A DNA stretch of 64,000 nt from Candidatus Bathyarchaeia archaeon (GTDB taxonomy: Archaea; Thermoproteota; Bathyarchaeia; Bathyarchaeales; Bathycorpusculaceae), in the NCBI GenBank assembly GCA_050012255.1, contig JBEKHN010000004.1:1-64000 (forward strand), read 5' to 3'. The notes beneath the pieces are model-generated. The model ran no database searches. It saw only the letters and a list, made by a program, of their open reading frames with translations, and was not told where the DNA came from. The first letter of the stretch is position 1, and the number at the start of each line of letters is the position of its first letter. The position numbers and the translations under genes are program-made. Shown here in pieces: positions 45,637 through 55,481 of this stretch.

Positions 45637-45911
45637 AGTCTCCTAACGCGTTTCTTCAACCGGTCCTCAGGTCTTCCGACAAGAATTCTTCCTTCGATTT
45701 CAACAACCGTACCGTCAGGAAACTCAAATCTGAAGGTGCTTGAGCCTTTTGGAACAGCCTTTTTCTCTCCATGACACGCGATTGTGAAGGTGTTCCGGGT
45801 TTCGTCTGTTATGTGGCCAGATATTCCGACGTATCCGTTATGGCTGCTCTTGCTGACCTCTGCTTCAGCTCCGATGAACTCGCATCGAATGATGTCTGGC
45901 GTCACCTTCAT
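45630..45911 (-). CDS. rnp1: RNase P protein subunit Rpp29
   Basis: EFIG, G.ITDETRNT, VPK...F, GRPEDRLK. Confidence 0.9.
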   Translation of the reverse strand: MKVTPDIIRCEFIGAEAEVSKSSHNGYVGISGHITDETRNTFTIACHGEKKAVPKGSSTFRFEFPDGTVVEIEGRILVGRPEDRLKKRVRRLW

Positions 45912-46147
45912 TTCTTTTTCTTCCTCTCAGGCTCTGTTTTTCTTATCCCGAGCTTCTGTTCTTGTTCTATCGTGAGTATCTTGGCAATCGCCTTGCGCAA
46001 TTCTTTCACTCGAGCGGGGTTTTCGATCGTGCCACCCGCCTTGATCATAATTCTCAACCTGAGAAGCTCTGTCCTGAACTCACCGAGTCTCTTAGACCTG
46101 TCTTCTGAGGGCATGTCCCGTATTTCTTTGACTCGGATCAAGGGCAT
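45908..46147 (-). CDS. rpl29: 50S ribosomal protein uL29
   Basis: KEIRDM, ENPARVKELRKAIAKILTI. Confidence 0.93.
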   Translation of the reverse strand: MPLIRVKEIRDMPSEDRSKRLGEFRTELLRLRIMIKAGGTIENPARVKELRKAIAKILTIEQEQKLGIRKTEPERKKKK

Positions 46148-46905
46148 TATTCAGCTGCCTCCCCTTCTTCTCCTACCTCTCTAGCACCTGCTTCTTCGCC
46201 CTCTGGTTTTTCGGCACGTGCTTCTTCAGTCTTCGCCTCTTCAGGTTTCGTTTCTTCAACCTCGGCTTCCTGCGCGCCCTCTTTTTCTGTCGTTTCCTCT
46301 TCTGGTGGGAGATTTTCAATTATGTGAAGCTTATCCGGAAACACTGCATCTGGAGGCATTATCTTGACTCTCACGCCGAACACGCCTGGTTTCAGTTGAA
46401 CATGAACCTCCGCCCTCTGCATGTACTTCAGCGACGGTTCTCCGCACTTCACCAGATAGCCAGCTCGGAATTTTTCAAACCTCGCTCTCTCGGTCCTAAG
46501 TTTGCCGCTGATTACTATCTCTGCGCCAAGGGCTCCTGCTTCCATGACTTGGTTCAGAGACCAGAAACCGGCGCGTCTGAAGTGCACGCCCCTCTGCAAG
46601 GCTGAGGCGACGCGAGAAGCAACAACGTAAGCATTTAACTCAGGAACCTCGATCTCAGACACAGAAATCTGCGGGTTTGAAACTTTGAACTTCTCTTCCA
46701 AGAAGGATGCAAGCTCTCTTATTGTTTCTCCACCTCGGCCTATGACAAGGCCCGGGCGCATTGCATAAATAACTATGTGGGTTCCAAGCGGAGTCTTGGA
46801 TATTGTTACGCCGCCGTATCCTGCTCTGTCGAGTTTCTTCTGCAGGTACTCGTCGATTTCTGTTTTCTTTATAGACTCTGTTATGAAGTGTTTGACAACG
46901 GACAC
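46147..46905 (-). CDS. rps3: 30S ribosomal protein uS3 with acidic tail
   Basis: KTPLGT, RPGLVIGRGG, HFRRA, GAEIVISGKL. Confidence 0.96.
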   Translation of the reverse strand: MSVVKHFITESIKKTEIDEYLQKKLDRAGYGGVTISKTPLGTHIVIYAMRPGLVIGRGGETIRELASFLEEKFKVSNPQISVSEIEVPELNAYVVASRVASALQRGVHFRRAGFWSLNQVMEAGALGAEIVISGKLRTERARFEKFRAGYLVKCGEPSLKYMQRAEVHVQLKPGVFGVRVKIMPPDAVFPDKLHIIENLPPEEETTEKEGAQEAEVEETKPEEAKTEEARAEKPEGEEAGAREVGEEGEAAE

Positions 46906-47393
46906 TAGGCTTCTTCTCTCCTCTCCGCTTGCTCTTCAAGGGCTATTTCAACGTGTGATGGAGTGTCAAAGTCTGGCGTCGTTCTTCCCTGGGCTCTTGG
47001 CTGAAACCGCTTCACTTTCATCCCTTGACTTGTAGCTGCATGGATGATGCGCAACCTGTCCGTGTCTAGTCCTTTGTTTTCGGCATTTGCCTCAGCCCCT
47101 TCAAGTAACTTGAGAATTTGTGATGCTGTTTTCACGGGGTACCTGCCTGCAAAAGCTTTTTCCAAGCCGTGGCGGTGACCCAGTTTCTTCGTGAACCTCC
47201 TGTATGGAACAGGCTTCTTCTTGGCAACAACATCTCTGAGGTACTGCTTGGCCTGAGTCAGCATCATTCCCTTGATTGTCCTACATACTTCTCGGGCCGA
47301 TTTGTGGGATACTCTGATCTCTCGTGCGCTTGCTTTTACCGTCTTCTCGGGATCCAGCTCTTCTTCTGCTATCGAGTATCCCCATTTTGGCAC
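46905..47393 (-). CDS. rpl22: 50S ribosomal protein uL22
   Basis: RVSHKSAREVC, GRYPVK, NAENKGLD, PRAQGR, HVEI; GTG start 47393. Confidence 0.95.
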   Translation of the reverse strand: MPKWGYSIAEEELDPEKTVKASAREIRVSHKSAREVCRTIKGMMLTQAKQYLRDVVAKKKPVPYRRFTKKLGHRHGLEKAFAGRYPVKTASQILKLLEGAEANAENKGLDTDRLRIIHAATSQGMKVKRFQPRAQGRTTPDFDTPSHVEIALEEQAERREEA

Positions 47394-47472
47394 TTCATAT
47401 TCTCTCCAGTTGTGCAATTGAACAGCGGTATGGTGATTTATATGGTTTTCCTTTAACAAAAACGGTTCAAAA

Positions 47473-48120
47473 TCAATTTAAGCCCGCTAGACCCTTTTGT
47501 TTTGCCTCAAGGATTTTTCCTTTCCACTTCTGGGGACGGTACAGCGGATGAGCCATGCAGAAAGTCTCGCCATGCAAGAGCTCTTGTTTGTCCCAATTCG
47601 GCGCTTTTGCTCTCTCGGCTGTTGGCATCCACATGAGATGAACCTTGAAAATGTGACCCCTGCGCTTTGTCTTGTGGACTACATCAATCGAATCTACTGA
47701 CCTGAAGCCTAACCTTTCTATTTGATCTTTCCTGAACCACGGACTCCAATGGTTTTCCAAGGCTATCGATGCGAAACCATCTGCGTTTCTCTCGCTCCTA
47801 ACCATGTGTTCCACGAGTAATCTCCCGAAACCATGCATCTTTGCCTTTCTCAGAACCCAGACACAATTCATGACAATAACATGCTCGCCGCTTATGGGAT
47901 AGCCGCATGATTCGGCAGGTCCATACTCTATCGTGCCGACAACTGCTCCATCAACGATCAGTAGCTTCTTGCGCAACCTTCTCGGAACGGCCTTTTCGAG
48001 ATATTCTTGTCTATATTTGTATTTTCTGAAGGGCATCGGAGCCAGACACTTGTAGAGGTACTCATTGTACCCTTTCTTGCCTGTGATGTCGATGATCTTC
48101 ACGTTAAAGGTCGCCTTCAT
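47473..48120 (-). CDS. GNAT family N-acetyltransferase (YoaP-like)
   Basis: GTIEYGP, VMNCVWV, KMHGFGRLL acetyl-CoA-binding motif. Confidence 0.7.
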   Translation of the reverse strand: MKATFNVKIIDITGKKGYNEYLYKCLAPMPFRKYKYRQEYLEKAVPRRLRKKLLIVDGAVVGTIEYGPAESCGYPISGEHVIVMNCVWVLRKAKMHGFGRLLVEHMVRSERNADGFASIALENHWSPWFRKDQIERLGFRSVDSIDVVHKTKRRGHIFKVHLMWMPTAERAKAPNWDKQELLHGETFCMAHPLYRPQKWKGKILEAKQKGLAGLN

Positions 48121-48220
48121 TAGACATCACCTTTTTCAACCCGTTCCGAAACGCCCTACTTGATGACCTTTCCTACGATGTGTTTATGTTTGTCTCTTAA
48201 GGTTACCTAACTCATAGTTC

Positions 48221-49303
48221 ATGGTGGGCGAAAGCTTGTCAGATAAAAATGAGTACATCACTATGTTGCACGGTGCCGGCGGAACGGTCATGCACGATTT
48301 GATCAGAAATTACGTTGTCAAGTACTTTGGCGGGGCAAGCGGTGCTGAGGTGCCCCTTGAGGCCTTGGACGACGCTGCTGTTGTAGACGACGTAGTTTTC
48401 AAGAGTGATTCTCATGCTGTGAAGCCAATATTCTTTCCCGGAGGCGACATCGGGCGTTTGTCAGTATGTGGCACGGTCAACGACATTGCGATGCTGGGCG
48501 GTGAACCGTTTGCGTTGGCTTGTGGTTTCATCTTGGAAGAAGGATTGGCCATAGCTGATTTTGAAAGAATCTTGGTCAGCATGCGGCAGGCGTGCATGGA
48601 GGCTGGAGTGAGCATCGTTACAGGTGACACAAAGGTTGTCGAGAAGGGAAGCTTAGGGGGCTGTGTCATAAGCACTTCGGGGATCGGTCGAAGAACCGCG
48701 GCGCTGGACGAAAACCTGAGGGTTGTGAAACAGTTTAGGAATGGTTTCAAATCCCGCTGGATTCTTGACGAAAACCTTGCTGCTGGCGATAAGATAATCC
48801 TGTCAGGAACAATCGGCGACCATGGCTTGGCTGTGTTGTCTGCTCAAGAAGGCTTAAGCTTCGGCAGCGGGATAAGGTCTGATGTTAAGCCCCTGAACCA
48901 CTTGGTCCAGCGTATGCTCAAGGAGGTGGGCGGAGTGGTGGCGATGAAAGACCCGACCAGAGGAGGCTTGGCCGACGCGCTCAACGAATTTAGCGAAAAA
49001 TCGCATGTCGGCATCCTTGTTGACGAAGAGAAAGTTCCCATCAGGGAAGATGTGAAAGCGGCCTGTGAAATGTTGGGGTTGGACCCGTTCGAGGTTGGGA
49101 ACGAGGGAAAGATGATCATTGGTGCTGTGAAGGAAAAAGCCCTAGAGATCATGCATTTGTTGAAGGAAACTGAGGAAGGAAAAGACGCTGAGATAATTGG
49201 CAGCGCCGTCGCCGACATAAAAGGCGTGGCAATGCAGACAGCAGTCGGAGGCAAGAGAATCATACCCCGCCCTGTGGGAGACCCTGTTCCCAGAATATGT
49301 TAG
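48221..49303 (+). CDS. hypE: Hydrogenase maturation protein HypE
   Basis: HGAGG, FFPGGDIGRLSVCGTVND, TGDTKV, KDPTRGG, NEGK, terminal PRIC. Confidence 0.96.
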   Translation: MVGESLSDKNEYITMLHGAGGTVMHDLIRNYVVKYFGGASGAEVPLEALDDAAVVDDVVFKSDSHAVKPIFFPGGDIGRLSVCGTVNDIAMLGGEPFALACGFILEEGLAIADFERILVSMRQACMEAGVSIVTGDTKVVEKGSLGGCVISTSGIGRRTAALDENLRVVKQFRNGFKSRWILDENLAAGDKIILSGTIGDHGLAVLSAQEGLSFGSGIRSDVKPLNHLVQRMLKEVGGVVAMKDPTRGGLADALNEFSEKSHVGILVDEEKVPIREDVKAACEMLGLDPFEVGNEGKMIIGAVKEKALEIMHLLKETEEGKDAEIIGSAVADIKGVAMQTAVGGKRIIPRPVGDPVPRIC

Positions 49304-49364
49304 AGTGAAACGTAAGAAAAAGCCGCGTTTTAAAAAATGGGGAAAAGATACGTCAATAGCTTGT

Positions 49365-49997
49365 TTAGCGTTGGGTTTGAGTAGGTGCGGGTGCAGTTGG
49401 CTGCGCAGGCTGAGTTCGGATCGAGAAGAATGCAACCGCGAGCAGTATCATGGCAACCCAGAGGAGTATGAAACCGACTAAGACAATTGTCAAGACAGCC
49501 CCTATCAGGATCATTAACCCTGCCGTGCCAAACATGCCGACTCCACTCTTTTGCGCAAGATTGCTTAGTGATCTTCTCAGGAAAATAGCTGTGACAATCG
49601 CGAACACAAATAGCATGACCAAACTCAGCAAGATAGCAGCGATGTAGGTCGTGACGGCGTCCCACTTGACGCTTGTCCAGTCGAATTTTTGCCACACCAT
49701 CGGGTCCGTCCAATTGGACGGGTGGATACCTATCTTATCCAAGAATCCAACGGCTGCAGTCACAATTGCAACAATGGAGACTATTCCACCCACGATCGCT
49801 ATGATAATTGCGTAGAGTGCATTGTTGAATATGCTTGAATCACTGTAGTAGTTTGATAAACCCTTCATGGCTATGAGAACAAGTATGAGGCCGACGAGGG
49901 CGAGGATGCCTGTTTAGAATCCTGCGAAGGGTATGGTGCCGATGACAAGCAGTATTGCTCCAACTCCGCCTAGGCTCTTGTCCGTTTCCAGAGTCAT
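49365..49997 (-). pseudogene. DUF996 membrane protein interrupted by in-frame TAA
   Basis: MTLETDKSLGGVGAILLVIGTIPFAGF*TGILALVGLILVLIAMKGLSNYY...; TAA at 49914-49916 (codon 28), frame continues after it. Confidence 0.75.
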
Positions 49998-50069
49998 TCG
50001 ACATTACCTCACAGAGCGATTTTCTGCCTCTTCAGATAAAAGCCTTTCTTGAAGAGATTAACGTAACTA

Positions 50070-51149
50070 TCAGTCCTCTGCTCTCGCCCATATCCTGCAC
50101 GTTCCCTCGACGCTGACCATGCAGGCGCCCACTGGTTTTTGAGGAGTGCAAGTCTTCATGAACAGTGGACATTCAGTCGGTTTTATCTTTCCGATCACGA
50201 CTAGGTGGCATCTGCAGCCGTGCTGCATGTCGACGCCCTTCCCTACGCGCACGCCATACTTCTGATGCGCGTCATACTTCGAATATTCGTTTTTGAGTGT
50301 GTACTTAGAAAGGGGAATTGTACCGAGCCCCCGCCATGCGCCGTCCACTGTGGAAAAAACTTCGCGCATCACTTCCTGCGCTCTTACGTTCCCTTCCCTG
50401 TTCACAGCCCGCAGGTACTCGTTTTCCAGCTTCGGCTTGCCTTCGTCCAACTGTTTTAGCACCATGTACACTCCAAACATGAGGTCTAAGGGTTCAAACC
50501 CAGCCACTACAACAGGCATAGCATAGTCTTCTGGGAAAATCTCGTAAGGTTTCAGCCCGATTATCGTGCTGACGTGGCCTGGGGCGATGAAACCGTTCAG
50601 GCTCAAGTCTTTCATTTCGACCAGTAGTTTCATGGCCGGCGGGATTGTGCGGTGAGAAATCAAGAAGCTGATGTTTTTCAGGGGTTTTCCAGCTATTTCG
50701 ACCGCTGTGGATGGGGACGTGGTCTCAAAACCTACGGCAAAAAACACAAACTCCTTGTCATGCTCGTTTCTAGCCATCTGCACTGCGTCGCCGACGCCGT
50801 AAACGACTCGGACGTCTGCACCTCTCGCTTTGGCATCCAGAAGCGACATTTTTGAGCCTGGAACGCGGAGAAGGTCACCGAAGCATGTGATAACGATTCC
50901 TTTCAAGGCCAGCTGGACTGCTTCATCGATCTCTGAAGCCGGAACGATGCAAACCGGACAGCCTGGACCAGCTATGACTTCCACGTTTTTGGGTAGGAGA
51001 CTCCGCAGTCCGTAGTGCGTAATTGTCCACTCATGCGTACCGCAGACGTGGCAGATTTTGACTACGCCTTTTTTTGGCGCGATTTCACCTATCTTTTCTG
51101 AAACTTGTTTCGCGAGTTCTGGATCCCTGAATCTTGACTTTTCAGCCAT
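50070..51149 (-). CDS. hypD: Hydrogenase maturation protein HypD
   Basis: CHVCGTHE, GPGCPVC, GFETT, APGHVS, GFEP, GACMVSVEGTC. Confidence 0.96.
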   Translation of the reverse strand: MAEKSRFRDPELAKQVSEKIGEIAPKKGVVKICHVCGTHEWTITHYGLRSLLPKNVEVIAGPGCPVCIVPASEIDEAVQLALKGIVITCFGDLLRVPGSKMSLLDAKARGADVRVVYGVGDAVQMARNEHDKEFVFFAVGFETTSPSTAVEIAGKPLKNISFLISHRTIPPAMKLLVEMKDLSLNGFIAPGHVSTIIGLKPYEIFPEDYAMPVVVAGFEPLDLMFGVYMVLKQLDEGKPKLENEYLRAVNREGNVRAQEVMREVFSTVDGAWRGLGTIPLSKYTLKNEYSKYDAHQKYGVRVGKGVDMQHGCRCHLVVIGKIKPTECPLFMKTCTPQKPVGACMVSVEGTCRIWARAED

Positions 51150-51168
51150 TGTCTTTCCAACTTGCTGC

Positions 51169-51405
51169 TCATTGTCGCCCAGTCGCGGCTTCGGCTCCAA
51201 GAATCTCATTCCACAGGCGCAGTGTCTCCAAAGCCTCTTTCTCATCCAAAACCTGAATTGCATAGCCAGCATGCACCAAAACGTAGTCACCTACCTTAGC
51301 TTCTACCAGGGTGACGTTTACTTCCCTCAGAACTCCTTCACCAAAGTCAACTTCGGCTTTGTCTTCTTTGCGGTTTACAACCCTAGCTGGTATGGCCAAA
51401 CACAT
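51169..51405 (-). CDS. hypC: Hydrogenase chaperone HypC
   Basis: MCLAIPA, GDYVLVHAGYAI; ATG 51405. Confidence 0.95.
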   Translation of the reverse strand: MCLAIPARVVNRKEDKAEVDFGEGVLREVNVTLVEAKVGDYVLVHAGYAIQVLDEKEALETLRLWNEILGAEAATGRQ

Positions 51406-51461
51406 ATCTTGATTCTCAGACTTTTGTTCCAATGGATGTTGGAAGACGCAGATTGATAAAG

Positions 51462-51650
51462 TTAGTGACATTGGAGAAGGATTTTCAACTTTGAAAGTCT
51501 ACTCTTTGTGAGGTGAAAATCGTTCCCACAAAGAGAGTCAACGTTACCGACGTGATTGCCAATGCGGAAACCTTCCAAGGTGTACGCGAGCCTCTGGTCT
51601 AGTTGTTCGCGATATTCGGATCTGCCTATGCGCCATCGGTTATGGTTCAT
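51462..51650 (-). CDS. Possible 62-aa hypothetical protein between hypF and hypC
   Basis: ATGA overlap with the hypF stop and fills the gap; no recognisable motif. Confidence 0.25.
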   Translation of the reverse strand: MNHNRWRIGRSEYREQLDQRLAYTLEGFRIGNHVGNVDSLCGNDFHLTKSRLSKLKILLQCH

Positions 51651-53926
51651 GGTTGAAAAAAGCCAGATACGGCAGCTTGACCGAAAGACAGGCCCCCGTC
51701 GCCAGGAGGAACGATTTCATGCACAAGAAAAAGCAAGTGTGCATCTTCGACTTGTTTTCGCATCGCCTTCGTCAGTATCTCGTTGCATGCGACTCCCCCT
51801 GAAAAACCGATAGCTCTCACGTCATTCTCGTCTGCCTGTTTTATAGCAAGCGCGGCCAAGCCTTTCGCTATGTAGGCGTGCGCGGAGTAAGCCAGATCTC
51901 GTCTGGAATGTTTTCTTGTGTTTTCGAATATCTCCTCAAGAATTTGCGTCGTGTTCAACGTGTCACCTTCAATTATCGGGTTCAGGTTTAACACGTCTTT
52001 CCCTTTCATTGCAACGGACTCAAGTTTCATGGATGGTTCCCCTTCATAAGTGCGCTCGTGGCATATGCCGAGAACGGCTGAGACAGCATCTAGCACTCGG
52101 CCACAGCTCGTGGTTTCGATTATGCTCTTTCGATTCTTGAGTTGTTGAAGGATTATTTCTATTTCCTTTTCCCCGTGCGGGAAGTGCTGCTTGCGCTGCA
52201 GGAGCCAATCTTCAATATGCACTTTGCCATAGAGTATTCCTGCAGCAACTCTCAGCGGGTAATAAGTGGCTAAGTCTCCTCCGATTAGTGGTTGTTTTTC
52301 AAGGTGGGCTAGACGTTTGAAACTTGGGGCTTCCTTGGTGCACAACAGGATCTCGCCTCCCCATGCTTCGCCGTCGGGACCATATCCGTATCCGTCACAG
52401 CATACACCCACCATTTCTTCTACGTTGCGTTCAACCATCAAAGCGGCGACGTGGGAGTAGTGATGCTGAACCTGAAGCAGCATCCAACCCTTTTCCGCAG
52501 CTAATCCGTGAGCAAGCGTAGTCGTCGTGAACTTTGGGTGCAAGTCACAAGCAACAGTATCGACTTTACTGTTTGTGAGGCAGATCAAATGTTCAGCCGC
52601 TGTCTCTAGGAAGTTTCTGGTTTCCACGTTTTCCACATCGCCTATGTGTTGTGAAATGAAAGCTTTGTTCCCGTTGAGCACGCATGCATTGTTGTTCAGT
52701 TCCCCGCCCAACGCCAGCACGCAGCGCTTTGCTTTTTCTTTTAGCATTAAGGGAGCTGGGGCGAAGCCTCTTGAGCGTCTCATGAAAACAGTGCTTTGAC
52801 CGTGGGTACGCAGAACTGAATCGTCGCATCTGTGGGCTATCTGTCGGTCGTGAAATAGGAGATAGTCGACTGTGCTACGTAGACCTTTCAAGGCTTCATC
52901 ATTGTCTTTGATAATAGGTTGGTCAGGTGGGTTCGCACTTGTCATCACGAACGCAGCATCTTTCACATTATCGAAAAGCATGTAGTGAAGGCCCGTGTAG
53001 GGCAGCATCACGCCGACGTTGTGCAGTCCAAGAGCAACCAAGTCAGAAAGACCGAAATCATTTTTCTTGTTGAGAAGCACTATCGGACGGGAGTACGATG
53101 TTAGCAGTTCCTCTTCCTTTATGCTTACTTCGGCAAAGGTTTTAATTGCGTCTAAGCTTCGAGCCATTATGGCGAAGGGTTTCTGACTTCTATGCTTCAC
53201 CACTCTAAGCCTAGCCAAGGGTTTGTCTTCGGTTGTCGACGCTGCAACGTGGAAGCCACCATAACCCTTGATTGCCAAGACGTTGCCCTCAGACAGCAGT
53301 TTGCCCGCTTCGCGAACTGGGTCCTTGTGTTCAACGAGTTTACCGTTCCGTGTTGTCAGGTAAGCTCTCGGTCCGCATTCAGGACACGCTGTGGTTTGGG
53401 CGTGGAACCTCTTGTTCAGTGGGTCCTTGTATTCTTTTAGGCAAAAGCCGCACATAGGAAACTCACGCATCGTTGTGTTCTGTCGGTCATACGGCAGTTT
53501 TTCGATTATCGTAAACCTTGGACCGCAGTTGGTGCACGTGATAAAGAAGTAATCGAATCTTGAGTCTTCGGGGTTTCGAAGCTCTCGCAAGCAGTCGTCA
53601 CAGATCGCTACGTCAGGCGGTATAACTGAACCCGCAAGCTTAGTTTCGCTAGAGCTTTTCTTGACTGTAAATCTCAGGTATTTGTCGTTGCCCCTGATTT
53701 TCTCAGTTATGATTTCGTGGATTTGGGCGAGAGGTGGCTTCTTCACGTTCAGATTTGTTAAGAAGTTGTTGATGTCCTGTTCTTTGCCTTCTAGGAGTAT
53801 TTCTACGCCAGCATCACCTCGGTTCCTAACGTAGCCGGTGAGGCCGTGATGAACTGCTGTTCGGTAGATGAAGGGGCGGAAACCCACGCCTTGAACGATA
53901 CCTGTGACTTTAACCCTCAGCCGCAC
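51647..53926 (-). CDS. hypF: Carbamoyltransferase HypF
   Basis: GIVQGVGFRPF, CDDC/CTNCGPR/CGFC/CPECGP, KGYGGFH, DLHP, QHH, DGYGYG, PPGDGGLSFGQ. Confidence 0.96.
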   Translation of the reverse strand: MRLRVKVTGIVQGVGFRPFIYRTAVHHGLTGYVRNRGDAGVEILLEGKEQDINNFLTNLNVKKPPLAQIHEIITEKIRGNDKYLRFTVKKSSSETKLAGSVIPPDVAICDDCLRELRNPEDSRFDYFFITCTNCGPRFTIIEKLPYDRQNTTMREFPMCGFCLKEYKDPLNKRFHAQTTACPECGPRAYLTTRNGKLVEHKDPVREAGKLLSEGNVLAIKGYGGFHVAASTTEDKPLARLRVVKHRSQKPFAIMARSLDAIKTFAEVSIKEEELLTSYSRPIVLLNKKNDFGLSDLVALGLHNVGVMLPYTGLHYMLFDNVKDAAFVMTSANPPDQPIIKDNDEALKGLRSTVDYLLFHDRQIAHRCDDSVLRTHGQSTVFMRRSRGFAPAPLMLKEKAKRCVLALGGELNNNACVLNGNKAFISQHIGDVENVETRNFLETAAEHLICLTNSKVDTVACDLHPKFTTTTLAHGLAAEKGWMLLQVQHHYSHVAALMVERNVEEMVGVCCDGYGYGPDGEAWGGEILLCTKEAPSFKRLAHLEKQPLIGGDLATYYPLRVAAGILYGKVHIEDWLLQRKQHFPHGEKEIEIILQQLKNRKSIIETTSCGRVLDAVSAVLGICHERTYEGEPSMKLESVAMKGKDVLNLNPIIEGDTLNTTQILEEIFENTRKHSRRDLAYSAHAYIAKGLAALAIKQADENDVRAIGFSGGVACNEILTKAMRKQVEDAHLLFLVHEIVPPGDGGLSFGQAAVSGFFQP

Positions 53927-54129
53927 TATGGCACATCTCTTCAGTCTATTGCGAGACTACCGTTCATATACATTTTGACAAGACAACTTCAATAACAAGT
54001 TGTGATTACTCCGGGTGAGTTTCCCTTTTTAGGATTATGTTCGTTCATTGAAAAGCGAAGGCTTAAGAATGAAAAACAGTCAGTGCTTCGTCTTTAAGCA
54101 AATAAAAGCAATGGAAATATCCAAGGAGC

Positions 54130-55383
54130 TTGCGTGATTTGAACGGCGGTTTTGACTACAGGTCTCGGGTTTTTCTGATTTTGTGGACTGTGAACTTTCT
54201 GTTCACTTTTTCTACCAATTTGATTCCCACACCAAGGGCCTATTTGACGAAATTTTTCGTGGGAGGTGTTGAAGGTGCAACCATGGAAGCGTTGGGCATA
54301 ATGCTTTCGCTTGGATTTGCGGCGACCACTGTGGGATATTTTGTCGGAGGCTTTGCAGCAGATTCCTTGGGCAAGAGACGGGTTGTAGCAGCGTCCTTCG
54401 GGATTCTTGCTACTGGATGCGGAATGTTTGTTATTGCTCCGAACCTGTACTTTCTATTCGCGGCGAATTTTGTCGAATTTTTTGCAGCTGGGTTCTCCAG
54501 TCCCGCCATTTCGGCCTTGGTTGCTGACTGCAGTGAACAGTCATCCAGAGGGATGGCGTATGGCGTGTTCAACCTTTCATGGGTGTCGGCTGGAATTGCT
54601 GGGCCATTGCTGGCGGGATTCACAGCCCAGTTTGTGACGTTGCAGACGCCCTTCGTTATTGCGGTGCTCGTCAGCATCACCGGTTTGTTCATAGCCTGGT
54701 TTTTGAAGGGAGAGAATGTAGAGAAACTGAGAACTGAAGAAAACAGCGGGGAGGTTAGAAAAACCAATTCGAAAATGAGCTTGCCTCTCAAACGAGTGAT
54801 CGTCATCTTCAGCATAACAAATCTTCTGAATGGGTTGCTTAATGGCTTCATTAATCCAGTGTTGAATGGCATGCTCCTGTTTAAGCTTGAGGCTGCTCCT
54901 GCCGAGTACGGTCTAGTCTTGTCGTTGTCATCCAGCCTTGTCACCGGGCTTGTCCAACTTCCAGGCGGGAAGCTTGCCGACAAGTTTGGAAGAAAGCCTC
55001 TCGTCTTATTTGGTTTTTTGGGTGCGCCTCTGGCCGTGCTCTTGGGTTTCAGCAGATCGCTTTTAGATTTCTCCTTGATAATGGGGGGAATAAGCGCCGT
55101 GGGAAACATTAGCTCGCCTGCGATTTCAGCGTGGCTCATGGATCTGGTTCCAGAGCATAGACGAGCAAGTGCCTCAGGCATGACTCAGACGCTCAACGGA
55201 GTCGGTTTGACTATCGGACCCAGTGCGGGAAGTTACGTTTGGAATTCCACCAAGCCTGACGCGATAGTGTCGTGCGGGGTCGCAGCGTTGCTTTTCGTTG
55301 CGTCTTTGCCTTTTTATTTGATGCTGGAGGAGCCCAAGAAAAGCTCCTCGCAGACTGATGGTATATCTCAGACTCCTTCCTAG
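54130..55383 (+). CDS. MFS transporter
   Basis: About 12 TM helices; GFAADSLGKRR and GKLADKFGRKP motif A. Confidence 0.9.
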   Translation: MRDLNGGFDYRSRVFLILWTVNFLFTFSTNLIPTPRAYLTKFFVGGVEGATMEALGIMLSLGFAATTVGYFVGGFAADSLGKRRVVAASFGILATGCGMFVIAPNLYFLFAANFVEFFAAGFSSPAISALVADCSEQSSRGMAYGVFNLSWVSAGIAGPLLAGFTAQFVTLQTPFVIAVLVSITGLFIAWFLKGENVEKLRTEENSGEVRKTNSKMSLPLKRVIVIFSITNLLNGLLNGFINPVLNGMLLFKLEAAPAEYGLVLSLSSSLVTGLVQLPGGKLADKFGRKPLVLFGFLGAPLAVLLGFSRSLLDFSLIMGGISAVGNISSPAISAWLMDLVPEHRRASASGMTQTLNGVGLTIGPSAGSYVWNSTKPDAIVSCGVAALLFVASLPFYLMLEEPKKSSSQTDGISQTPS

Positions 55384-55481
55384 TTCGCTGGCTCTCACTA
55401 GGTGTGTAATCGCTTACTTCATGCTTTATAAACGGCTTGCATGCTTACGTACTAGTCGAAATCTGAAGGAGAGACCGCATT

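Noticed and set aside
49914-49916. Selenocysteine or pyrrolysine recoding in DUF996
   Set aside because: The codon is TAA, not TGA or TAG.
54240-55181. 313-aa minus-strand ORF (and similar shadows over the ATPases, r-proteins, tes and the ligase)
   Set aside because: Antisense to well-supported genes and has no motifs.
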